A DNA stretch of 64,000 bases. It comes from Terriglobales bacterium (GTDB lineage: Bacteria; Acidobacteriota; Terriglobia; Terriglobales; Acidobacteriaceae). Positions 36,780 to 45,686 of the stretch are shown piece by piece (the stretch's first letter is position 1; each line of letters begins with the position of its first letter). The notes beneath the pieces are model-generated. The model was not told the DNA's origin. It saw nothing but the letters and a program-made list of their open reading frames with translations, and did not search any database. The stretch covers positions 20,739-84,738 of the forward strand of contig JBBIOA010000017.1 of the NCBI GenBank assembly GCA_037443605.1. The letters run 5' to 3'. The position numbers were made by a program, and so were the translations under genes.

Positions 36780-37705
36780 AGTTGCGCCCTCAGTCCGGTT
36801 TCTTTTTCGCGCTCGTGTGCTTCCGCCTCATGGCCGCTCAGGCTCTTGCGGATCACTTGCACCAGCCCCGCATACAGCACAGCGGGCAGCGCGAAGTACT
36901 GATAGAACCGCCGCTGCCAGCGCAGCGTCTTCGCCGGCACCGACTCCGGTCCCAGCTCCGGCAGTCCCAGTTTTTCGAAAGGCACTTTCGACAGATACAG
37001 AGCCTGCGTGCCGCCGTTGTCTTTCTCGCCGTACACGCGATTCTGGTAGTAGCGCCCGGGACTCTTCTGGATGCGCTGCTTCGCTTCGAGCAACAGCACC
37101 GGCCGCGGCCCGAAAATCACCGCACCCGTCGGGCAAACGCTCGTGCATCCGGGCTTCAATCCTTTTTCCAGGCGCGAACTGCACAACTCGCACTTGGTCA
37201 CCCGCGGATTGAATCCTTTCCACTGGAATCGCGGAATGTGGTACGGGCACGTGATCGTGCAATACCGGCAGCCGATGCATTTTTCCTCCGTCCAGCTGAC
37301 AATTCCGGTTTCAGGATCCTTGTGCAGCGCCTGGAACGGGCAACCCGCCGCGCACGCCGGATCCAGGCAGTGCATGCATTGCCGTTTGACGAACGAGAAC
37401 GCTGATCCATCTTCTGCCTTGTAGAGCTTGATGACGTTGCGGGTCAGATCGTTCAGGTCGCTCGGCGCCTGGTGCAGCGCATCGCCACGCGTATCGGGCG
37501 GTGTGTCGTTGGCTTCCGCGCAGGCTGCCACGCACGCCTTGCAACCGATGCAGATGGTCGCATCGTAGAGCAATCCCACCGCTGCGCTCGGAACCGGCAC
37601 CGGCTCCTCGGCGCGGATCACATCCGTGCCCACCGTAACCGCCACAGCCGCCGGCACGCTGGCCTTGGCGAGCCCACTGAAAAGTTGTCGCCGCGTGATG
37701 GCCAC
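36776..37705 (-). CDS. hybA: HybA-type 4x[4Fe-4S] ferredoxin subunit, Tat-exported with C-terminal TM anchor
   Basis: A GTG start 1 nt after the small-subunit stop gives VAITRRQLFSG (twin-Arg). Four Cys clusters: CIGCKACVAAC, CMHCLDPACAAGCP, CIGCRYCTITCP, CELCSSR...CTSVCP. The longer track ORF overlaps hybO and is rejected. Confidence 0.85.
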   Translation of the reverse strand: MAITRRQLFSGLAKASVPAAVAVTVGTDVIRAEEPVPVPSAAVGLLYDATICIGCKACVAACAEANDTPPDTRGDALHQAPSDLNDLTRNVIKLYKAEDGSAFSFVKRQCMHCLDPACAAGCPFQALHKDPETGIVSWTEEKCIGCRYCTITCPYHIPRFQWKGFNPRVTKCELCSSRLEKGLKPGCTSVCPTGAVIFGPRPVLLLEAKQRIQKSPGRYYQNRVYGEKDNGGTQALYLSKVPFEKLGLPELGPESVPAKTLRWQRRFYQYFALPAVLYAGLVQVIRKSLSGHEAEAHEREKETGLRAQL

Positions 37706-37706
37706 C

Positions 37707-38948
37707 TTAGACCTCTTTCTTCTCGTCAGGCTTGTTGGCGGGCGGGTTGCCGTAGATATCGGCAGGCCTCGCTGATTTCGATTTCGCGTTCTCCGCATGC
37801 GCGATGTCAGCCGCGACTCGCGCCACGCCCGCTTCCGTGCTGCTCTGGAAGCGTTGCGACGCGACCCACGCCGAGCCGCCAACCGCGCCGGCAATCGCAC
37901 CGACCAGCGTCGCGGCTCCAACCTTCAACTGTCCTGCCGTGCTGTAAATCGGCGGATACGTATCCGGCGGCGTGGCCAGATGAATCGGAACCGTCTCCAG
38001 CGTGCTCATTTGCCAGACCACGCCTTTTTCCGTGCAACCGACGCACGGCACGCCCAGCCCAATCGGCCACACACCCGGGATTTCGTTGAAGTGCCGCGTA
38101 GAGCAAGCCGCGTGCGTCACCGGCCCCTTGCATCCCAGCTTGTACAGGCACCATCCCTTGCGATGTCCCTCGTCGCCGAAGGCATACGCGAATCGTCCCG
38201 CGTCGAAGTGCGCCCGGCGCGGGCAATTCTCGTGAATTACTCGCTCGTAGGCGAATTTCGGACGATGCAACTCGTCCAATTCCGGCAAGCGGCCCATGGT
38301 CACGTACTCCAGCACCACCGCCAGCAGGTTGTAAGGATTGGGGGGGCAGCCAGGCAGGTTGATGATCGGCTTTCCAGAGACCACCGAATCCACCCCCGCG
38401 GCGCCGGTCGGATTCGGATCCGCCGACGGCACTCCGCCCCACGACGCACAGGAGCCGATCGCGATCACCGCCGCTGCTTTCTCCGCGACCTCCTTCACCA
38501 CCTGCACGCCGGGCCGGCTGCCCAATTCCATGTAAACACCGTCGTCCTTCGACGGAATCGCACCTTCCACGACCAGTACAAACTTGCCCGCGTTCTCCTC
38601 AATCGCCGCTTTCAACGCCGCTTCCGCTTGCGTGCCGGACGCCGCCATCAACGTCTCGTGATAATCGAGTGAAATCACGTCGAGGATGAGATGTGCAACA
38701 TCGGGCGCGGAAGTCCGCAACAGCGTTTCTGTGCATCCCGTGCAATCCTGCAGATGCAGCCAGATCACCGACGGCCGCCGCGCCTTGCCGACAAGTCGTG
38801 CGACTTGCGCTGCTGTGGCTTTATGCGTCAGGGCCAGCCCTACCGGCGCCGCAACGATGATTTTTGAACACAGCTGTAGAAAACTTCGGCGGGAGACTCC
38901 GCACCTCGCAAGGTGAGTCCCAATGGTTTCCTTCTCGACTGTCGTCAT
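37707..38948 (-). CDS. hybO: [NiFe] hydrogenase small subunit, Tat signal, C-terminal membrane anchor
   Basis: Start at MTTVEKETIGTHLARCGVSRRSFLQ (twin-Arg). Contains WLHLQDCTGCTE and distal-cluster Cys motifs (CVGCTEKG). C-terminal hydrophobic helix GAATLVGAIAGAVGGSAWV. Confidence 0.9.
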   Translation of the reverse strand: MTTVEKETIGTHLARCGVSRRSFLQLCSKIIVAAPVGLALTHKATAAQVARLVGKARRPSVIWLHLQDCTGCTETLLRTSAPDVAHLILDVISLDYHETLMAASGTQAEAALKAAIEENAGKFVLVVEGAIPSKDDGVYMELGSRPGVQVVKEVAEKAAAVIAIGSCASWGGVPSADPNPTGAAGVDSVVSGKPIINLPGCPPNPYNLLAVVLEYVTMGRLPELDELHRPKFAYERVIHENCPRRAHFDAGRFAYAFGDEGHRKGWCLYKLGCKGPVTHAACSTRHFNEIPGVWPIGLGVPCVGCTEKGVVWQMSTLETVPIHLATPPDTYPPIYSTAGQLKVGAATLVGAIAGAVGGSAWVASQRFQSSTEAGVARVAADIAHAENAKSKSARPADIYGNPPANKPDEKKEV

Positions 38949-39457
38949 GGACAGCTCCCTGGCCCGCGTGGCCGCGGCAGAATTGCCTCTCCCAGAAGCA
39001 ACACTTATCCCTTTCGGTGCGGGAACAATTCGCGCACCGACAGCAATGCACACTCGCTTCTTGGGATCGTTCTATCCGGCCGGTTGGGTTGGCAGAGAGG
39101 CTTGGCTTGGGAAATTTAGGAATGCGATGAAATGACAGACTATTCTTGGAGTGCGCTTGACCCCGTCCCGATTCGCCGCCGTCTCCCTTCCCTTGGTTGT
39201 GACCGCTGGTCCGTTGGTCAGTCCACCGCTGCCAGACGCATCGTTTATGCTTGATTCGGGAAATCGCGACCGTGACTAAAATCACAGCTGCGCATGATGC
39301 ACGTCACGCGGACCCGCAAGCGACGGCGTAGTAGCCGGACCACACGGTATCCTTGCCGACGAGCCTTCTACCTCGCCCTTCTCCCCCTTCGCCGGTCCGA
39401 AAGCGGTACAATCGTGTCCACTTTCCAGTTCAGTTTCCAGCAGATCGAGGACGCCAT

Positions 39458-40693
39458 ATGGCAACCGTGCAAGCGGACAGTGAGCAGAACGCCGTGCTGA
39501 TCGAGCATTCTGCCGGCGAACCCAAGGCCATCGGCCGCCTCGTCTCGCTCGACGCACTCCGCGGCTTAGTCATGGCGCTCATGCTGGACGAGTATCTCCA
39601 GCTGCCGGAAGTGGCGCGCTCGTTTCCGCACAGCGCCATCTGGAGCTTCATTGCTTTCAATACCGACCACGTCCCGTGGCAAGGCTGCTCTCTGCACGAC
39701 CTCATTCAACCGGCATTTTCCTTCCTGGTCGGTGCGGCCATGCCGTTCTCCATCGCCAGCCGCCGGGCCAAAGGCCAGAGTTTTGGAAACTTGCTGGCTC
39801 ACGCCATCTGGCGCGCGTTTCTGCTGATGGCGATCGGAATCTTCCTTCGTTCTCTCTTCCATCATCAAACCTATTTCACGTTTGAAGACACGCTCACCCA
39901 GATCGGCATGGGCTACGTGTTCCTGTTCCTGATTGCCTTCACCCGCGTGCGAACCCAAGTCATCATCACTCTGCTGATCCTGATCGCGTTCTGGGGCGCG
40001 TTCGTACTCTATCCCGCTCCCGGCCCGAACTTCGACTACGCCCGCGTCGGCGTGCCGCCGCATTGGGACCACCTCTACACCGGCTTCCTCTCGCACTTCA
40101 ACAAGAACGCCAATCTCTCCTGGGCCTTCGACACCTGGTTCCTCAACCTGTTCCCGCGTGAGCAGCCCTTCGTCTACAACGAAGGCGGCTGGTCCACGCT
40201 GAGTTTCATCCCCACGCTGGCCACCATGATTCTCGGCCTCCTCACCGGAGAATGGCTCAAGGGCAACAAGTCGAAAGAACAGAAGCTGCGCGGCATGGTG
40301 ATCGCCGGCGTGGCACTGGTCCCTTCCGGACTCATTTTCCAGTGGCTCGGCATCTGCCCGATCGTCAAACGCGTCTGGACTTCCGCCTATACGCTCTACA
40401 GTGGAGGTCTGGTTATCCTGATGCTCGCCGGCTTCTACGCGCTCATCGACTGGAAAGGCCGGAAACGCTGGGCCTTCCCGCTGATCGTCATCGGAACGAA
40501 CTCCATCGCGATTTACGTGATGAGTTGGACCATGGGCCAGTTCTTTGCCGCCGCCCTGGAAACCCACCTGCCCAGGCTGCTGGCCGCATTCGGCCCAACC
40601 TTTCAACCGGCGGTCGAGGGTTTGGGCGTGGTCCTGATGTTCTGGATCATCCTGTTCTGGATGTATCGCCGCAAGATCTTCCTGCGCATTTGA
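39458..40693 (+). CDS. Polytopic membrane acyltransferase-like protein (DUF1624/DUF5009, HGSNAT-like)
   Basis: RLVSLDALRGLVMALM N-terminal motif and about 10 TM helices. Start at the internal ATG 39458. Confidence 0.55.
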   Translation: MATVQADSEQNAVLIEHSAGEPKAIGRLVSLDALRGLVMALMLDEYLQLPEVARSFPHSAIWSFIAFNTDHVPWQGCSLHDLIQPAFSFLVGAAMPFSIASRRAKGQSFGNLLAHAIWRAFLLMAIGIFLRSLFHHQTYFTFEDTLTQIGMGYVFLFLIAFTRVRTQVIITLLILIAFWGAFVLYPAPGPNFDYARVGVPPHWDHLYTGFLSHFNKNANLSWAFDTWFLNLFPREQPFVYNEGGWSTLSFIPTLATMILGLLTGEWLKGNKSKEQKLRGMVIAGVALVPSGLIFQWLGICPIVKRVWTSAYTLYSGGLVILMLAGFYALIDWKGRKRWAFPLIVIGTNSIAIYVMSWTMGQFFAAALETHLPRLLAAFGPTFQPAVEGLGVVLMFWIILFWMYRRKIFLRI

Positions 40694-40696
40694 ATC

Positions 40697-40773
40697 TGGT
40701 GGCGGCGGCTGGACTCGAACCAGCGACCTACGGATTATGAGACCGTCGCTCTAACCACCTGAGCTACACCGCC
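40697..40773 (-). tRNA. tRNA with CAT anticodon (elongator tRNA-Met, or lysidine-type tRNA-Ile2); CCA encoded
   Basis: The reverse complement GGCGGTGTAGCTCAGGTGGTTAGAGCGACGGTCTCATAATCCGTAGGTCGCTGGTTCGAGTCCAGCCGCCGCCACCA folds as a cloverleaf (7-bp acceptor stem, GCTC/GAGC D-stem, CTCATAA loop, GCTGG/CCAGC T-stem). It is not initiator-like (1-72 are paired, and there is no GGG/CCC anticodon stem). Confidence 0.9.
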
Positions 40774-40977
40774 AATGGTCTACGTTGGAAGGAGTTGCGA
40801 AACGGTCGTGCAGGCTTGGAACCCTCACGCCCGCTGCCCGGAAAGCAGCGGCCCGTCGAAGCATCGCGTCCAGCCTTTCATTCTAGAAGGCGCCTGCCCG
40901 ATAGGTCAATTCATGCCGCCCCGCACCGTCTTGGCTTGCCCACCGACGGATATATACTGGCTATCGCTCGCCCCACG

Positions 40978-41697
40978 ATGAAAGCCACCGCCGTCATCCC
41001 TGCACGCTTGGCCTCCACCCGCCTGCCGCGCAAGATGCTCCGTGAAATCGACGGCAAGCCTCTGATCGGAGTGGTCTACGAAGCGGTGCGTCGTTCGCCG
41101 CTGTTGTCGAAGGTCGTAATCGCCACCGACTCCGAAGAGATCCTGTCCGTCTGCCGCGCCCATGGCTGGGACGTGCAGATGACCTCGCCCTCGCACCGCA
41201 GCGGCACCGAGCGCGTCCATGAAATCTCCAACAGCGAATCCGCCGACGTCTATATCAATGTTCAGGGCGACGAGCCGCTGGTCCGGCCGGAACAACTCGC
41301 CACGCTCTTACGCGTGATGGAGAATCCCGCGGCACAGGTCGGCACCGTGATGACGCCCTGCGCCGACATCGACATTTCCAATCCCAATGCCGTGAAGGTC
41401 GTTACCGATCTCAATGGCCGCGCGCTCTATTTCTCCCGCGCCACCATTCCCCATGATCGCGACCGCACCAATCCGCGCTACTTCAAGCATCTCGGGCTCT
41501 ATGCGTATCGCAAGGCCGCGCTCGACCGTTTCGTCACGCTGCCCGAGTCTTCGCTCGAAAAGGCGGAGCGCCTGGAACAACTGCGTTTTCTGGAAAATGG
41601 AATTGATCTCTACGTCGGCGAGACTCCCTTCGACAGCGTGGGCGTGGATACGGAAGAAGACTTCCAGCGCGTGGTCAGGATTCTGGCGAAACCGTGA
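40978..41697 (+). CDS. kdsB: 3-deoxy-manno-octulosonate cytidylyltransferase (CMP-Kdo synthetase)
   Basis: MKATAVIPARLASTRLPRKML..IDGKPLI ... HRSGTERV ... INVQGDEPL, the hallmark KdsB motifs. Start at the internal ATG. Confidence 0.9.
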   Translation: MKATAVIPARLASTRLPRKMLREIDGKPLIGVVYEAVRRSPLLSKVVIATDSEEILSVCRAHGWDVQMTSPSHRSGTERVHEISNSESADVYINVQGDEPLVRPEQLATLLRVMENPAAQVGTVMTPCADIDISNPNAVKVVTDLNGRALYFSRATIPHDRDRTNPRYFKHLGLYAYRKAALDRFVTLPESSLEKAERLEQLRFLENGIDLYVGETPFDSVGVDTEEDFQRVVRILAKP

Positions 41698-41703
41698 AGA
41701 GGA

Positions 41704-42852
41704 TCAAACCTGCGGGTGCGGCGTCTGGCGATTCCACGCTTCCGCCGCCGCCAGACGCTTGGAGATGGAAGGATCAGAATGGAAAAACCACTCCACGAAT
41801 CCGGAAGGCGTCTTCTCCGCCAGGTTCTGCTCGGCCAGCTTGTTCATCGATGAGATGAATGGATCGACGCTGGCAATGGATTCGAACGCGTATCGGTCCG
41901 CCTGACGCTCGTTGAACCGCGAATACGCATTCAGCGCCGGCATCAGCAGGAACGACAACACCACCGAAACCAGCGCCAGCAGCGGCAAGTTGGCGAAATC
42001 CGAAATGCGCAGGAACATTCCCTGTTCCACCGCCATATGCAGCGTCCAGTTGGCGGCCCAGAATCCGAGCAGCGTAATCGCTGCCTGAACGAAGATGCTC
42101 TTCAGGATATGGCGGTGCACGTGATGCCCCAGTTCGTGCGCCAGCACAGCTTCAATCTCATCGGGCGTGTAGTTGTCGAGCAAAGTATCGGCCAGAATAA
42201 TGCGGCGCGTCGCGCCCAGCCCGGTCAGCGCCGCGTTCGCCTTCTTGGTCTTCTCCGACAGCTTCCAGCGATACACGCCGCGCACCCGCGTTCCGGCACG
42301 CTCGCTCATCACCACCAGGCGGCGGCGCAAGTCCTCGTCTTCGAGCGGCTCGAATTTGTAAAAGATGGGAAACAGCACGATCGGCGCCAGTTGTGCCAGT
42401 ACGATGAACAGCACCATGAACAGCGCCCACGCCAGCAACCACCAGTTCTCCGGCCACTGCCGGATGGTGAAATACAATAACTCCACCACCACCGACCCCA
42501 GCACCAGCGCGACCAGAAACCCTTTCGCCTCATCCCACAGCCACGAGCGAAAACGCTGCGTCGACAAGTGGTACTGCCGCTCGATCCGGAACCCGTAGTA
42601 GTCGAATCCGATGCCCAGCACCTTGCTGATCGACAACAGCAGCAGCATGTACATGAAAACCGACAGCGAATAGTTCTGGAAGCCCATGCGCTCAGCCAGA
42701 TCGCGCAGCCATCCCGACCAGTGCGTCACCAGCAATACCACCAGAAACACGAAGCCCACCGCGAAGTCGGCAATGCCCAGCCAGCGCCGGATGCGGTTGT
42801 AGCGCTGCGTCTCGGGCGAATCGCCCTGCTCGTGGATCGGTTCGTCAGCCAT
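41704..42852 (-). CDS. M48-family (Ste24/HtpX-like) membrane zinc metalloprotease
   Basis: Five N-terminal TM helices followed by an HELGHHVHRH (HExxH) catalytic domain. Confidence 0.85.
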   Translation of the reverse strand: MADEPIHEQGDSPETQRYNRIRRWLGIADFAVGFVFLVVLLVTHWSGWLRDLAERMGFQNYSLSVFMYMLLLLSISKVLGIGFDYYGFRIERQYHLSTQRFRSWLWDEAKGFLVALVLGSVVVELLYFTIRQWPENWWLLAWALFMVLFIVLAQLAPIVLFPIFYKFEPLEDEDLRRRLVVMSERAGTRVRGVYRWKLSEKTKKANAALTGLGATRRIILADTLLDNYTPDEIEAVLAHELGHHVHRHILKSIFVQAAITLLGFWAANWTLHMAVEQGMFLRISDFANLPLLALVSVVLSFLLMPALNAYSRFNERQADRYAFESIASVDPFISSMNKLAEQNLAEKTPSGFVEWFFHSDPSISKRLAAAEAWNRQTPHPQV

Positions 42853-42913
42853 GCTTCTACTTAATCTAGATGCTTTGCCGCCTGCGCGGGAGTCAGGACT
42901 CCCGTACGGTCAC

Positions 42914-44326
42914 TCAACCCTTCACAAAACTCTCGCCCGCTGTCAGGAGTTCTTTCACCAGTTCGGGCGACGAGGCCTCGCTGTAAAGCCGCAACAGCGG
43001 CTCGGTTCCCGAAGCGCGGAACAGAATCCAGGCTTCGGCTCCCTTGCCGTTGGTGGGCGCGTCCAGGAAGAACTTGACGCCGTCGAGGTGTTCCTTCTTC
43101 TGGATGCGATACCCGGCCAGGGCCTGCATGCCCTCCGCCCGCGCGCGCTGAATCGCATTCTGTTTTACGTCGTCAGGAATATGCAGATCGCGGCGGCCAT
43201 AATAATGTGGCCCGAACTCCTTTTGCAGATCGGCCACCAATTGCCCCAGCGGCTTGCCCTCCTCCGCCATCACGTTCGCCAGCAGCAGGCAATTCAACAC
43301 TCCGTCGCGCTCGGGAAGGAAGCGCGAATACCCGATGCCGCCCGACTCTTCGCCGCCAATCAGAATCTCGTGCTCCATCATCAGATCGGCGACGTACTTG
43401 AAGCCGATCGACGTCTCATGCAGCTTCCGCCCATACTTTGCGGAAATGCGGTCCAGCATTCGCGTCGTGTTGAAAGCTCGCACCACATCGCCTGGCCATT
43501 TCTTCCGCTCCAGCAGCCAGTGCAGCAGCACGCAAAAAATCTTGTGTGAATCGACGAACGTGCCGTCCTCGGCAACCGCTCCAATACGGTCAGCGTCGCC
43601 GTCGGTGGCAAGACCCGCATCGCACTTCTCTTTCACCACCGTATCCTGCAAAAGGCGCGTGTGCGGCTCGATCGGCTCCGGATTGATTCCCGGAAACAAG
43701 GGATTCACTTCCTGGCGAATGGCAATATGCTGCACGCCACGCTCGGCGAAAATCCCCCCGAGCACGCCGCGTCCCGAGCCATACATGGCATCGACCGCAA
43801 ACTTGAATTTCGTTTTCGCGATGCGGTCCATATCCGCGAATCCGCAAACTGCGGCCACGTACGCCTTCTTCAAATCGACTTCCTCGACCGCGCCCTTCTG
43901 CCCCTTCGGCATGGCGTTGGCGGCCAACTCCTCTTCGATCCTCTTCATGATCGCCGGCGTCGCCGACCCGCCAAAATTGCCCTTGAACTTCACGCCGTTC
44001 CAGTTCCACGGATTGTGGCTGGAGGTCACCATCACGCCCCCGGCCGCACCCTGCGTTTTCACCGCATAGGAGACCGCAGGGGTCGGCGTGTAGTCGTCGG
44101 CCAACTTGACCCCGATGCCCGCCTCCGCCAGCACTTCGCTGGCGATCTGCGCCGCGCGCCCTGAGGCAAAACGCGTGTCGTAGCCCACGATCACCCCGCG
44201 CTTCGCATCTTCGTATTTCAAAACATACGAAGCGATGGCCCCCGCCACGCGCCGCACATTATCAAACGTAAAGTCGTCGGCGATTACTCCCCGCCAGCCG
44301 TCAGTCCCGAACTTGATTGCGGTCAT
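42914..44326 (-). CDS. Phosphomannomutase/phosphoglucomutase (alpha-D-phosphohexomutase superfamily)
   Basis: KFGTDGWRG N-terminus, active-site loop TSSHNPWNWNG, metal loop ATDGDADR. Confidence 0.85.
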   Translation of the reverse strand: MTAIKFGTDGWRGVIADDFTFDNVRRVAGAIASYVLKYEDAKRGVIVGYDTRFASGRAAQIASEVLAEAGIGVKLADDYTPTPAVSYAVKTQGAAGGVMVTSSHNPWNWNGVKFKGNFGGSATPAIMKRIEEELAANAMPKGQKGAVEEVDLKKAYVAAVCGFADMDRIAKTKFKFAVDAMYGSGRGVLGGIFAERGVQHIAIRQEVNPLFPGINPEPIEPHTRLLQDTVVKEKCDAGLATDGDADRIGAVAEDGTFVDSHKIFCVLLHWLLERKKWPGDVVRAFNTTRMLDRISAKYGRKLHETSIGFKYVADLMMEHEILIGGEESGGIGYSRFLPERDGVLNCLLLANVMAEEGKPLGQLVADLQKEFGPHYYGRRDLHIPDDVKQNAIQRARAEGMQALAGYRIQKKEHLDGVKFFLDAPTNGKGAEAWILFRASGTEPLLRLYSEASSPELVKELLTAGESFVKG

Positions 44327-44330
44327 GAGT

Positions 44331-44415
44331 CTCGAGTTTCCGGTTTCCAGTTTCGAGTGACGAGGACGGAATCAGCAGAAGTGCCTGTCCGAAACCTGAA
44401 ACTCGAAACCTGAAA
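44331..44415. repeat. Family-D composite inverted repeat of GTTTCnnG / CnnGAAAC units
   Basis: Left arm ctcgagtttccggtttccagtttcgag and right arm ccgaaacctgaaactcgaaacctgaaac, about 30 nt apart, filling the manC/PMM spacer. Confidence 0.6.
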
Positions 44416-45525
44416 CTAAGTCAATTTGTGCAGCTTCTTTTCATCCAGATGTTTCACCACTTTGCCCACATCCTGCGCGTGTTGCCGCGTGGTAATCAGC
44501 AGCGCGTCCGGCGTTTCCACCACCACGAGATCGCTTACGCCCACCGCCGCCACAAACTTCCCCGGCGCATGCACGTAGTTCCCGCGCGCGTTCAGTAGAA
44601 ACATTCCCGTCCCCGCGATCAAGTTACCTTCCGGCGGACTGCTCTTGGCCGTGTGGTGCTCGTGCAGCGCGGTCCAGGACCCAAGATCGTTCCAGCCGAA
44701 ATCCGCCGGCAGGCAGAAAATGTTTCCGCGGAACTCGCCCTTCGCCGACCGCGGCTCCAGCACCGCGTAGTCCACGCTGATGTTCTCGCACTTGGGATAC
44801 AGTTTGCGGAAGGTTGCCGCAAACTTGCGTGTGCCGAACGCTGCCGCAATTTCTTCCAGCAACGGCGCGGTCTTCGGCAGATGTTCCTTCAGCGCATTCG
44901 CCAGCGTGCGGGCGCTCCACAGGAACATGCCGCTGTTCCAGAAGTAATTTCCCGCTGCCACGAACTCGGCGGCCTTCGCGGCGTCCGGCTTCTCGGTGAA
45001 CCGCCGTACTCGCAGCACGTCACCTTCAACCGCGCTCCCCGCCTCGATGTATCCGTACCCGGTTTCGGCGCGATTCGGGCGGATGCCGAGCACGACAATG
45101 TTCTCTCCCGCCGCCGCAAGCTCGACTCCCCGCGCAATCGTCTCGCGATAGCGCTTCTCATCGGCGATCACATGATCCGACGGAAACAATCCCAGCACCG
45201 CCTCGGGATCTTCGCGTAGCAACAGGAACGCCGCCAGCCCGATCGCCGGTGCTGTATTCCGCCCCATCGGCTCGGCGAGCACCTGCGCTTTCGGCAGCTT
45301 CGGCAGTTGTTTCGTGATGGCCAGCCGCAGATCGTCGTTGGTGATGATCCAGAACTTCTTCGCCGAAGCCAGCGGCAAGAGCCGCCCCACGGTCTGCTGG
45401 ATCATCGTCTGCTTGCCGTCAAGCGCCAGCAACTGCTTTGCCCGCTTCCTGCGGCTCAGCGGCCAGAAGCGCGTTCCGCGCCCTCCCGCCAGAATTACCG
45501 GATAGAAATTTGTGTTCTTCGCCAC
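44416..45525 (-). CDS. manC: Mannose-1-phosphate guanylyltransferase (no fused PMI domain)
   Basis: YPVILAGGRGTRFWPLSRRKRAKQLL N-terminal NTP-transferase signature. 369 aa. Confidence 0.8.
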   Translation of the reverse strand: MAKNTNFYPVILAGGRGTRFWPLSRRKRAKQLLALDGKQTMIQQTVGRLLPLASAKKFWIITNDDLRLAITKQLPKLPKAQVLAEPMGRNTAPAIGLAAFLLLREDPEAVLGLFPSDHVIADEKRYRETIARGVELAAAGENIVVLGIRPNRAETGYGYIEAGSAVEGDVLRVRRFTEKPDAAKAAEFVAAGNYFWNSGMFLWSARTLANALKEHLPKTAPLLEEIAAAFGTRKFAATFRKLYPKCENISVDYAVLEPRSAKGEFRGNIFCLPADFGWNDLGSWTALHEHHTAKSSPPEGNLIAGTGMFLLNARGNYVHAPGKFVAAVGVSDLVVVETPDALLITTRQHAQDVGKVVKHLDEKKLHKLT

Positions 45526-45567
45526 GGATTCCTTGATATTCGGCCTTTCGTTCTCGCTCGGAACTGT

Positions 45568-45601
45568 GTCATCCTGAGCGCGTTCTCTGCGCGAAGGACC
45601 T
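45568..45601 (+). repeat. Family-B repeat copy
   Basis: gtcatcctgagcgcgttctctgcgcgaaggacct. Confidence 0.7.
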
Positions 45602-45648
45602 ATGAAACTCGCCTTCGCCGCAGATAGCTGCGCTCAAACGAACTACAC

Positions 45649-45674
45649 AGGTCCTTCGCTTCGCTCAGGAAGAC
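45649..45674 (-). repeat. Family-B repeat copy, inverted relative to 45568
   Basis: The reverse complement reads gtcttcctgagcgaagcgaaggacct. With 45568-45601 it forms an inverted pair separated by about 47 nt. Confidence 0.65.
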
Positions 45675-45686
45675 AACCAATCCTGC

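Noticed and set aside
40600-41000. Genomic island or prophage integrated at the tRNA
   Set aside because: No integrase, no direct repeat of the tRNA 3-prime end, and housekeeping genes (kdsB, acyltransferase-like) flank it on both sides.
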